DNA from: an uncultured Pseudomonadales bacterium
Lineage (GTDB): Bacteria > Patescibacteriota > Microgenomatia > UBA1400 > UBA12028
Assembly (NCBI GenBank): GCA_964635905.1
Contig: CAZWPK010000001.1
Coordinates: 224,293 to 288,292, forward strand
DNA: 64,000 nt
Direction: 5' to 3'
Part shown: piece after piece, positions 8,983 to 17,520 of the stretch
Layout: the number at the start of each line of letters is the position of its first letter
How positions within the stretch are numbered: position 1 is the first letter of the stretch
The notes under the pieces: generated by a model
Told to the model about the DNA's origin: nothing
The model's database searches: none
What the model saw: only the letters and a program-made list of their open reading frames with translations
Translations under genes and position numbers: made by a program

Positions 8983-9617
8983 CCCTTGATCGACAAATTG
9001 CTCTAGACCTACTGGAAATCAAAGCAGTGGGTTTTTCCCTGCAAAAACCCATTACCTTTAAGTCCGGAATGCTCTCTCCCATCTATGTCGATAATCGTCG
9101 CTTCCCATACTATCCCACAGCCTGGAAGCACGTGATTGAAGGATTTGGTGAACTACTAACGAAAAACAATCTCGCTCCAGAAACCATTGCCGGTATTGAA
9201 ACGGCGGGGATTCCACATAGTGCAGCACTCGGTTTCCACTTGCAGACACCCTCTGTGTTTGTACGGAAGGCTCTTAAAGATCATGGAACCAAAAAGCGTG
9301 TGGAAGGGGGAGAAGTGACAGGGAGGAATGTGCTGTTAATTGAAGATCACGTTACCACTGGTGAATCGAGCTTAAGTGGTCTTCAAGCACTACGGGACGA
9401 GGGGGCAACGGTGCCGACCTGTCTAAGTATCACTTCCTATGCATTTCCCGAGACTCGTAAACGTTTTGAGGAAGCGCAGGTAAAGTTGTTTACGTTGACA
9501 ACCTTTCCAGTAATCCTCGATGTAGCAATGGAACAAGGATATTTTAATCAATCTCAAAAAGCCTCCATTCAAACCTGGTTTGAAAATCCCTGGGAATGGA
9601 AGGAAGCAAAGGAATAA
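8979..9617 (+). CDS. pyrE: Orotate phosphoribosyltransferase
   Basis: PRPP-binding motif VLLIEDHVTTGES, 212 aa. Confidence 0.8.
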   Translation: MTLDRQIALDLLEIKAVGFSLQKPITFKSGMLSPIYVDNRRFPYYPTAWKHVIEGFGELLTKNNLAPETIAGIETAGIPHSAALGFHLQTPSVFVRKALKDHGTKKRVEGGEVTGRNVLLIEDHVTTGESSLSGLQALRDEGATVPTCLSITSYAFPETRKRFEEAQVKLFTLTTFPVILDVAMEQGYFNQSQKASIQTWFENPWEWKEAKE

Positions 9618-9621
9618 CCCT

Positions 9622-10425
9622 ATGACCGCAATGGAAAAATACCGAGCCCGAGTCAAAGAATCCGGAACGCTTCTGTGTGTCGGACTCGACAGTGACATGG
9701 ACAAGATTCCGAAGCGATTTAAAGACTCCAAAACTCCGCAGTTTGATTTCAACACATGGATCATTGACCAAACCTACGACTCTGCGTGTGCCTACAAACC
9801 CAATCTGGCTTTCTATGAAGCGCGTGGTGAACAGGGAATCCATGAACTTCAACTAACCATGGACTATCTGCGGGCAAAGCATCCAACAATCTTTACCATC
9901 GCCGATGCGAAACGGGGAGATATTGGCAATACCAATCAAGGGTACGTAACAGCCATCTTTGATACGCTCGGTTTTGATGCGGTGACGTTGCATCCCTATC
10001 TTGGACAGGAAGCCATTCAACCATTCCTGGACCGCAAGGACAAAGTTAGTATTTTCCTCTGCAAAACCTCAAACCCCGGGGCAGGTGAATTTCAAGATTT
10101 ACTCCTCGATGGCAAACCGCTCTGGATGCACGTTGCAACGGCGGTATCAAGGAAATGGAACACTAACAATAACTGTATGTTGGTTGTGGGGGCAACCTAT
10201 CCAACCGAGCTACAAGCGATTCGGAAAACTGTAGGCTCGATGCCATTTTTGGTTCCCGGAGTTGGAGCACAAGGAGGGGATATCCACGAGGTGCTACAGG
10301 CAGGATTAAGTGCAAACAAGAGCGATCTCCTCATCAATGTCTCGCGCACTATTCTCTTTGCTAACGATCCAAAATCGGAAGCAGTGAAACTTACAAAGAT
10401 CATGAAAGAGTACTTACAGAAATAA
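9622..10425 (+). CDS. pyrF: Orotidine 5'-phosphate decarboxylase (type 2)
   Basis: LLCVGLDS motif and KRGDIGNT. The start is taken at ATG 9622, 4 nt after the pyrE stop with an AAGGAA SD. The ORF track gives an upstream alternative at 9580. Confidence 0.8.
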   Translation: MTAMEKYRARVKESGTLLCVGLDSDMDKIPKRFKDSKTPQFDFNTWIIDQTYDSACAYKPNLAFYEARGEQGIHELQLTMDYLRAKHPTIFTIADAKRGDIGNTNQGYVTAIFDTLGFDAVTLHPYLGQEAIQPFLDRKDKVSIFLCKTSNPGAGEFQDLLLDGKPLWMHVATAVSRKWNTNNNCMLVVGATYPTELQAIRKTVGSMPFLVPGVGAQGGDIHEVLQAGLSANKSDLLINVSRTILFANDPKSEAVKLTKIMKEYLQK

Positions 10426-10645
10426 TATAACCAGTATTGTAAGAAAAGACGGATCCATCAATCAAAAACTGACACTTGCGATGGAAAAATACAGTGGAGT
10501 ATAGTAGATTAAGTAAGTCACAAAACAGTATAGGTAGTGTGTTCGACATCCATTTATATGCGTCGAATTTTTTTTAGGGCAAAAATCACCCAAACACCGA
10601 CTTGCCTCGTTGTAAAAGGCAATGATTTCGACTCCTTTTTTCACT

Positions 10646-10670
10646 CCCGCCTGACAGCGGGATTTTTTTT
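10646..10670 (+). terminator. Intrinsic terminator
   Basis: CCCGC-ctgaca-GCGGG followed by eight T residues. Two weaker hairpin plus T-run elements precede it at about 10541-10578 and 10611-10640. Confidence 0.6.
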
Positions 10671-10690
10671 GATCATTGATAGGAGTGTGT

Positions 10691-12043
10691 ATGCTTAACC
10701 GTCAGGAAACAAGCCCATTTCGTTGGTCTAGAAATGAACTAGAAGCCATTGTGGCTATTCAACCGAAAGCTAGAACCACAGAGCCCTTCAGTCAACCGCG
10801 AATGTCCGCCATAGAATCTGAATCTCAAACACAGCTTTCTCAACATGATGTCGATACGATCTTTTTAAGTTCCATTGCTGCAATTTTTATTCGCTCGGAA
10901 CCAAACAGCTTTAAGTTCGATTCATTAATCAGATTACTGCGAGGATATTTTGGTGATTCCAAAGTACAGCATCAACCAGAAGAAATTGATGAAACGCAAT
11001 ACAACAAATTACCCACTATTCAGGCGCGTCCAGCGGTTATTGCAGCAATGAAAGCAGATGCTAGTTTATTGTTTAACTCCGTTGATGAGGATGCGCGATT
11101 CAAGGTCATCCTTGAGCTACTGCGTTCGCACGAAAAAGCTCCAGAAAGAATTGATGGAAGTGAAATAGGCACAGAGGTCCTGTTTCGAGGAAATGACGTC
11201 ATGGCAAACTTGGATATCGGGAACGGCATAACTTCCTTATTCAAGCCACCCAGCGAAATTCAAACCAAAACACAGCTGTTTGACTATTTAGTGGCACATT
11301 TTGAACAGGATGCAGAAGATGCTGTACAACCCTCACTAATTACGATGGATTGGAAAGCGGCCGAGGCGTTGTATGCTGCAAGGGAAAATGTCGGTGTAAC
11401 TCAGGAATCAACAATCCGAATTTTGATGCAACGACCAGATAGAGCATTTTTGTTTTGCTATTTATTCGGAACGAAAGATCCTAGTATGCCACCGGAATAT
11501 CAAGCAACGGCAAGAAAATTCGAATCCATTTATCAACGGGTAAAACTAGAAGGAGATCGCACTCCAGAAGTAATGGAACGACTACGAGGATGGACTCCCG
11601 AACATGGAGCTAAAAACCCAGAAAAGGTAAACGGAGGATTTCAAGGAGACACAATCTTTTTTCAAGAACTACTGTTTGAATCCATTGATGGCATTCATAA
11701 AGCGTCACCAGAATTTGAAGGAAAAGCTGCAACTGCCGTTGCTCTGGTTCGAGGGGAGCCGGTGTTATTTATGGATACGCTTAGAAAACTTGCAGATATT
11801 TTAAGTAGAATCGATAGGAATCTTCCTTTTCCAGAAAATGAGACGACTCTGCAGTGGAGAGAAGTGCAAGATCAATTGGCCGATGTATTTTCACACCATC
11901 CTCAACGAGAAACAATATTTTCTGGCCGCTGGTTTGATGCGTCACCGGACCGAAATCCAAATTATCACATTGATGTAGCTGCGATTCGCTTTTACGTTTA
12001 CGCGCATAAAGCGCTATTACTTCCACCAACTATGTTACAATAG
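10691..12043 (+). CDS. hypothetical protein (about 450 aa, no recognisable domain)
   Basis: Long ORF. ATG at 10691 is preferred because an AGGAG lies 5 nt upstream; the ORF track begins at TTG 10676. Confidence 0.55.
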   Translation: MLNRQETSPFRWSRNELEAIVAIQPKARTTEPFSQPRMSAIESESQTQLSQHDVDTIFLSSIAAIFIRSEPNSFKFDSLIRLLRGYFGDSKVQHQPEEIDETQYNKLPTIQARPAVIAAMKADASLLFNSVDEDARFKVILELLRSHEKAPERIDGSEIGTEVLFRGNDVMANLDIGNGITSLFKPPSEIQTKTQLFDYLVAHFEQDAEDAVQPSLITMDWKAAEALYAARENVGVTQESTIRILMQRPDRAFLFCYLFGTKDPSMPPEYQATARKFESIYQRVKLEGDRTPEVMERLRGWTPEHGAKNPEKVNGGFQGDTIFFQELLFESIDGIHKASPEFEGKAATAVALVRGEPVLFMDTLRKLADILSRIDRNLPFPENETTLQWREVQDQLADVFSHHPQRETIFSGRWFDASPDRNPNYHIDVAAIRFYVYAHKALLLPPTMLQ

Positions 12044-12047
12044 CGCG

Positions 12048-12407
12048 ATGATTATTGACTCTAAAGGATCCGGATTCTCATTGTTCATTCACGCTGATAT
12101 TGGTAGCTCAGGCATCGAGTGGTTTGTTGCAGACGATGCTCAAATCAACGATGTACTCCGGTCTTTTCAGCTTGCTCAGCCTATGGCTATTCGTCTTATT
12201 CAGGTTGCCCAATCAACGGATCAATCAACCTTTAACGCTACTGATAAAGCCCTGCATGCTGTTTTAGAGAGTATGCCTGATGAGAAAAGTAAGCTTGAGC
12301 AAAAAGTTCAAACAGTCCAGGATCTAGTGAAATTATCACAAGCAGTTTTGCGGTATATTGCTCAAAATGCAGGTGTTTACGAGATTCCAACAATGAGACG
12401 TGGTTGA
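12048..12407 (+). CDS. hypothetical protein
   Basis: 119 aa, starting 4 nt after the upstream ORF, so probably in the same operon. Confidence 0.5.
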   Translation: MIIDSKGSGFSLFIHADIGSSGIEWFVADDAQINDVLRSFQLAQPMAIRLIQVAQSTDQSTFNATDKALHAVLESMPDEKSKLEQKVQTVQDLVKLSQAVLRYIAQNAGVYEIPTMRRG

Positions 12408-12440
12408 TAAAAACCCCCAATTTGCTATTTATTTCATTTT

Positions 12441-12676
12441 TGGTATACTATTTAAAAGTGGAAAGTCTCATTTGAGCACCCACTTTTGATCCAAGAAACG
12501 TCAGTCCGACAATCGGACGGAAACCAAGTCATCAAAAGGCAGGGTGTTTTTTATTACCCTACCCGAGTAATATCATGAGACACACGATTCAAACCAACCA
12601 AGGGATGCAACACATTTGTTCAGGTAAACCTGTGCAACATGAAGGATGGACCCGCCAATAGTAGGCGGGTTTTTTT
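12441..12676 (+). promoter_or_regulatory. Extended -10 promoter (TGGTATACT) followed by a ~225-nt structured leader ending in an intrinsic terminator abutting the next start codon
   Basis: TGGTATACT at 12441-12449. Hairpins GTCCGA-caa-TCGGAC (12501-12515), AGGGT...ACCCT (about 12541-12563) and CAGGT-aaa-CCTG (12621-12632). Terminator CCCGCC-aatagta-GGCGGG plus seven T residues at 12651-12676. Confidence 0.4.
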
Positions 12677-13462
12677 ATGGCAAGACAAGAAGGTCAAAGC
12701 TACCACGTCGTTGCAACTGGAAAATCCTCTACAGTAGATGTGGTGGAACGGGTGTATGGCATCACAGCCAGTGCGATAAATCCCGAAGATGTTGCCAGAT
12801 CTAGAGAACCATTAAGCGAAAGCGCATGGACGCAAGCTTCTTGGAAAGCAGCAATTCTCGCAGACGCGGCCAGAAGGGGATATATCAAAGAAGGGCCTGC
12901 AACAATTCTTGCGGCGGATACTGTCTATCTTCACAACGGTGTTGCATTACATAAACCGGGGAATGAATACGGTCGAACTCCCTATGGTGAAGACGGCACA
13001 TTAAGTCAGGAACAGGTAGAATATTACATCCAAGAAACGGAGAGATTATTTTCAGCTGCATTTAACGCTAAATGGGAAGTTGCAATTATTTATCATGAAC
13101 TTGGGCGTAAGAATCGTTCTGCTATTTTAGAAGTTACGACAGCTTTTCCCCAAGGTGTGTCCCCAGAACATATCCGTGAAAACTTTCGACCAGAATTGAA
13201 TACTAGAATTCCACTATTAGAACTTGCAATACAGCAAGAACAAAAACTATTGATTTCCAATGGAGGAAGAGGAGAACAAGCAGAAGCGCATCCAGATTTG
13301 GCGTTACAACTCATTGTAGATCGAGTGCTTAGTCCTGGCATGTTCGCGAACTTAATAGATGGTACTCCAACTGGAAAAAAACGCGATAAATTTGGTAGTC
13401 GTAATATAATAGAAATTGACTTATCCAGAGAAGAATTGGTCAGAAAAGCAACCAGAGACTAA
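12677..13462 (+). CDS. hypothetical protein (weak Maf/ITPase-like resemblance)
   Basis: 261 aa. VVATGKSS...ADTVYLHNGVALHKP loosely resembles the Maf LASxSPRR...ADTVV.DG.ILGKP pattern. The match is weak. There is no SD, and the ATG directly follows the terminator T-run. Confidence 0.5.
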   Translation: MARQEGQSYHVVATGKSSTVDVVERVYGITASAINPEDVARSREPLSESAWTQASWKAAILADAARRGYIKEGPATILAADTVYLHNGVALHKPGNEYGRTPYGEDGTLSQEQVEYYIQETERLFSAAFNAKWEVAIIYHELGRKNRSAILEVTTAFPQGVSPEHIRENFRPELNTRIPLLELAIQQEQKLLISNGGRGEQAEAHPDLALQLIVDRVLSPGMFANLIDGTPTGKKRDKFGSRNIIEIDLSREELVRKATRD

Positions 13463-13499
13463 GTATTTTTATTTTTGAGGTATAATACATCAGAATCGT

Positions 13500-13763
13500 A
13501 TGGCTGACAGATTAAAACCGATCAGAGTGGAAAATATAGCGGGAACGATGACTCTCGTTTTCCCCGATGAGGCTGTGCTTGAAGAGACAGATCGCCATTG
13601 GATTATCTGGAAAGATAAAAACCGAAAGGATACCTTAACGATGATCTCAAAAGGAGACCGTGATACTTTTGGTTTGGCCATGCAACTGTTTGCAATGATG
13701 GGAAATATGGCAGAGGAGAAATTTGATGCTGTTCGACTTCCCAGGGCTGCTAGTAGACGGTAA
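13500..13763 (+). CDS. hypothetical protein
   Basis: 87 aa, 38 nt downstream of the previous ORF. Confidence 0.4.
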   Translation: MADRLKPIRVENIAGTMTLVFPDEAVLEETDRHWIIWKDKNRKDTLTMISKGDRDTFGLAMQLFAMMGNMAEEKFDAVRLPRAASRR

Positions 13764-13787
13764 TTGCTGATGAAGGATTTTGTATTT

Positions 13788-13807
13788 CCCGCTCCCGCGG
13801 GTTTTTT
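13788..13807 (+). terminator. Intrinsic terminator
   Basis: CCCGC-tccc-GCGGG followed by six T residues. Confidence 0.6.
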
Positions 13808-13867
13808 AATGCCTCTGGTGATCTAGTCTCAATCGTACTAAAATGACGCGGTAAGACGTAGAGATCT

Positions 13868-14641
13868 ATGTTTTCTGAACAAAACTCTATCGAAATATTG
13901 CAACATGAAGTCTCTCCCTTCCCAGAGACTGTGATTATTCTTGGTTCCGGTTGGAACAAAATCCTTTCCAAAATCAAAGTAGAATGTGAAATAGACTACG
14001 AAGTCCTCTTTGGGGTCCAAGCAACAGTTCCCGGACACCTTGGTAAATTAATTATCGCCAAGATTGGTAAAAAACGCGTAGCCTTCATGTCGGGAAGGCT
14101 CCACATGTATGAAGGATATACAGCAAGGGAAGCAACCAGTCCAATCCGGGTCTTTGCCAGTCTTGGGATGAAAAATCTGATACTCACCTCTGCTTCCGGA
14201 GCTTTAAACGAGAAGTACAAAGTAGGCGACTTTGTTGTGATCTCCGATCTCCTCACGCTGTTTATGTCCTTAGATAATCCACTGATTGGCCCAGAATTTC
14301 TGGACATGTCCTCGGTATTCTGTCCAGAATGGAGACTTAAAGCGATGCAGATTCTAGCATCCGAAAAAATCGTATTCCATGAAGGAGTCTATTGTTATTA
14401 TCATGGCCCCAACTATGAAACTCCCGCAGATAAGATGGCGTTACGCTTCCTTGGAGCGGATGTGGTCGGTATGAGTGTGGTGCCTGAAACCATCATGGCG
14501 CGTTCCTTGAATGTCAATGTTCTCGGTCTGTCGTTTGTCACTAATCTCGCCTTTGTGAAACATGACCATACGGATGTCGTCGCGCAAGCGAATAAAGCGA
14601 GTGCGCAGATGAGTAAGCTCTTGCTAGGGTTACTTGCATAA
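13868..14641 (+). CDS. Purine nucleoside phosphorylase / MTA phosphorylase family (PNP_UDP_1)
   Basis: The motifs YHGPNYETPAD and GADVVGMSVVPE are typical of PunA/MTAP-type phosphorylases. Confidence 0.75.
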   Translation: MFSEQNSIEILQHEVSPFPETVIILGSGWNKILSKIKVECEIDYEVLFGVQATVPGHLGKLIIAKIGKKRVAFMSGRLHMYEGYTAREATSPIRVFASLGMKNLILTSASGALNEKYKVGDFVVISDLLTLFMSLDNPLIGPEFLDMSSVFCPEWRLKAMQILASEKIVFHEGVYCYYHGPNYETPADKMALRFLGADVVGMSVVPETIMARSLNVNVLGLSFVTNLAFVKHDHTDVVAQANKASAQMSKLLLGLLA

Positions 14642-14679
14642 GGGTCTTTCCTCAAGCCAATCGTGATACACTATCCATC

Positions 14680-15984
14680 ATGAACGATCCTATTTTTGAT
14701 CTAATTTCCAAGGAAGAGTTGCGTCAGCAGGAAACGCTGATGCTGATCCCATCTGAAAACTACGCAAGCAAAGAAGTTCGCGCTGCGGTGGGGAGTGTCC
14801 TTCTAAACAAATACTCCGAAGGATATCCTGGACGTCGCTACTACGAAGGCAATGAAGTGATCGATCAGATCGAAACCTTGGCAATCACCCGTGCCAAGGA
14901 CCTCTTCAAGGTTCCATACGCAAACGTGCAACCGTATTCTGGAAGCCCAGCTAACAGTGAGATCCTGTTTGCCTTAGCTCAACCGGGAGATACTATTTTA
15001 GGTCTTTCCTTATCCTCCGGTGGACATCTCACCCATGGCCATCCAAAGGTAACCTTCTCGGGTCGCTACTATACCAGTGTGCAATTTGGACTAGACTCCC
15101 AAGCTCGCATTGACTATGACCAGATGGAACGATTAGCAATCGAACACAAGCCCAAGGTAATTATCTTGGGAACTACCGCCTATCCATTTGTGTTAGATTT
15201 TCAACGTGCACGAGCGATTGCAGACAAAGTGGGAGCGTACTTAGTTGCCGACATTTCGCACATTGTTGCCTTAGTCATCGCGGGTCTTCATCCGTCTCCG
15301 GTTCCTCATGCCCATGTCATCATGAGTACCACGCATAAGAGTTTACGTGGTCCACGCGGAGCGATGATCCTGGTGACCCAAGCCGGATTAGATAAGGAAC
15401 CGACTTTGGGACAGAAAATCGATGCTGCGGTAATCCCTGGAATGCAAGGTGGTCCGCATAACAACACAACCGCTGGGATCGCCATTGCACTGGAGCAGGC
15501 AAAAACACCAGACTACCTGGAATACGCACAGCGGATAATTGCGAATGCCCAAGCTCTATCTAGAGCACTTCAAGCTAACGGGATCTCCTTGGTAGGCAAG
15601 GGAACAGAAAACCATCTGATGGTTTTAGATTTTTCAGCGCAAGGTGTGGGTGCTGGAGTACTGGTTGCCAAGGCCATGCACGCTGCCGGACTGGTCGCCA
15701 ACTTTAACTCCGTTCCTGGGGATAAAAGCCCATTCTATCCTTCTGGTGTTCGCATTGGTACGCCAGCTATGACCACCCGTGGGCTCCAGCCTACTCACAT
15801 GCAGCACGTTGCAGATTGGATCAAGCAAGTTGTGGAAACGATCGCTGATGAAAAAATGCCGGAGGAGAAGTCTGCCCGAGCTAGTTTTGTTTCGGATTTT
15901 TCAATGCGAATGCACTCCAACTCAACCCTTGCAACTATTCGAGAGGAAGTAAAACTTCTTCTCTCGGAGTTTCCGCTGTCGTAG
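14680..15984 (+). CDS. glyA: Serine hydroxymethyltransferase
   Basis: LIPSENYASKEVR, the PLP-lysine motif TTHKSLRGPRG, 434 aa. Confidence 0.9.
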   Translation: MNDPIFDLISKEELRQQETLMLIPSENYASKEVRAAVGSVLLNKYSEGYPGRRYYEGNEVIDQIETLAITRAKDLFKVPYANVQPYSGSPANSEILFALAQPGDTILGLSLSSGGHLTHGHPKVTFSGRYYTSVQFGLDSQARIDYDQMERLAIEHKPKVIILGTTAYPFVLDFQRARAIADKVGAYLVADISHIVALVIAGLHPSPVPHAHVIMSTTHKSLRGPRGAMILVTQAGLDKEPTLGQKIDAAVIPGMQGGPHNNTTAGIAIALEQAKTPDYLEYAQRIIANAQALSRALQANGISLVGKGTENHLMVLDFSAQGVGAGVLVAKAMHAAGLVANFNSVPGDKSPFYPSGVRIGTPAMTTRGLQPTHMQHVADWIKQVVETIADEKMPEEKSARASFVSDFSMRMHSNSTLATIREEVKLLLSEFPLS

Positions 15985-16573
15985 CCAATTCCTTTTCACG
16001 TTGTTCGAGTAGTGGTTCAAGTTGTCCCTGGATGCTCTCATACAGTGACGTAACATACGGGTTTCCCAACGCCGCTATCTCTTTCTTTCCATACTCTCTG
16101 GTATGTGCGCCTAATTCTTCTTTAAATAAGTGGTCTTTTCCAGCTTCTAAATGTTGGAGGAGCGTCTCAATCCGATCCAGAGCTTTTGCCAATTTGGATT
16201 CCAAGGATTGCTGGGCATCGTACTCATCGAGGATCGTCAGATAGTGATGTTGTAACGGGACTGGTAGTGAAGCAAAAACAAATTCTGCTGCTTCCTTCTC
16301 CGATGCCTTATCGGATGCCTGCTTTTTAAATCCAGGAATATCTCCATGCACGACTTCGCAAAGATCATGAATCAATAACATCGTTTGCATTTTGACAGGG
16401 TCAACGGCAAAGTGCTCAGATTCCTGAACGAGTGAAAATAACAGTAAAAGTCTCCACGTATGTTCTGCTGTACTTTCTTGACGACCAGTTGTTGTCCAGT
16501 TATGCCGCAATGTGCTTTTGAGTTTTTCGGCGGTGGATAAGAATTGGAGGAGATTGGATAGTGGTACGGTCAT
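15935..16573 (-). CDS. HD-domain phosphohydrolase (YfbR-like 5'-deoxynucleotidase family)
   Basis: HD motif HDLCEVVHGDIP and upstream H..R. The 3' end overlaps the glyA 3' end. Confidence 0.7.
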   Translation of the reverse strand: MTVPLSNLLQFLSTAEKLKSTLRHNWTTTGRQESTAEHTWRLLLLFSLVQESEHFAVDPVKMQTMLLIHDLCEVVHGDIPGFKKQASDKASEKEAAEFVFASLPVPLQHHYLTILDEYDAQQSLESKLAKALDRIETLLQHLEAGKDHLFKEELGAHTREYGKKEIAALGNPYVTSLYESIQGQLEPLLEQREKELATTAETPREEVLLPLE

Positions 16574-16659
16574 GGTTCTATTCTAACGCAGAAATCACGA
16601 ACCCAGGACGAACACGGCGTGGTAGACTACAATTACCAATTTTTTCTAAAGGAATAACT

Positions 16660-17514
16660 ATGGCCACACCTCGATTAATCGGAGCCCATGTCAGCGCCCA
16701 AGGAGGTATCGCGAATGCCCCCAAACGTGCCGCAGATATTGGGTGTAACTATGTTCAAATCTTTTCCGATAGTCCTCGAGTTTGGCAGCGTCGCATGGTC
16801 ACCGATGAGAACTGCGCACTCTTTGTGAAGAACTGTGAAGACAACGGTATTTTGGGCAATGTCATCCATGCGCTCTACTTAAATAATTTAGCGTCCGATA
16901 AACCAGAACTTGTTGAGAAATCGATCATGAGTTTGGCCTTTGATTTGCAACTTGCTCCTAAGATCAAATCCACTGGCGTAGTGGTGCACGTAGGTAGCTA
17001 TAGTAAACGGGACTGGAATTCGTGTAGTGATCAGGTTGTCAAAAATATCGCAACTCTTCTGGAACAAAGCCCCGATGATTCCGTGTTCTTGATTGAAAAC
17101 TCCGCAGGACAGGGTGGAAAAGTAGGGTCTGATTTGCGCGAGATTAAAACCATGATCGATCAGCTCCAAGCAGGGAAGAGAGTGGGAGTCTGTATTGATT
17201 CTTGTCATGCATTTGCAGCCGGATACGCTTTGGTCCCGATGGAAGGGGAAAAACTCCTCTACGATTGGTTGGAACAATTAAACCTTGTGGAACATCTGCG
17301 CGTCCTGCACGTCAACGATTCCCGTGATGAATACTTTTCGCATAAGGATCGCCACGCAAATATCAATGACGGACAGATTGGAAAAGAAACACTCGCTCAT
17401 TTTGTCAATCATCCCATGTTTGCGTCGCTTCCCATCGTCTTGGAAGTACCTGGACTTGAAAACGAAGGTCCCGATGCTGAAAACATTAATCGCTTAAAAG
17501 CACTACTCACCTAA
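16660..17514 (+). CDS. nfo: Endonuclease IV (AP endonuclease family 2)
   Basis: AHVSAQGGIANAP, HVNDSRDEYFSHKDRHANI. The start is taken at ATG 16660 with an AAAGGAAT SD. The ORF track start at 16561 would overlap the divergent HD gene. Confidence 0.85.
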   Translation: MATPRLIGAHVSAQGGIANAPKRAADIGCNYVQIFSDSPRVWQRRMVTDENCALFVKNCEDNGILGNVIHALYLNNLASDKPELVEKSIMSLAFDLQLAPKIKSTGVVVHVGSYSKRDWNSCSDQVVKNIATLLEQSPDDSVFLIENSAGQGGKVGSDLREIKTMIDQLQAGKRVGVCIDSCHAFAAGYALVPMEGEKLLYDWLEQLNLVEHLRVLHVNDSRDEYFSHKDRHANINDGQIGKETLAHFVNHPMFASLPIVLEVPGLENEGPDAENINRLKALLT

Positions 17515-17520
17515 GTCTGT

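Noticed and set aside
12461-12475. GGAAAGTC in leader A resembles the RNase P RNA CR-I box (GGAAAGUCCGG)
   Set aside because: The match stops after 8 nt, the region is far too short (~230 nt) for RNase P RNA, and the other conserved regions are absent.
12640-12676. AAGGATGGACCCGCC in leader A as a degenerate T-box core
   Set aside because: The sequence forms the 5' arm of the terminator itself. A real T-box core lies upstream of the terminator, and the match to GGTGGTACCGCG is poor. No aaRS lies downstream.
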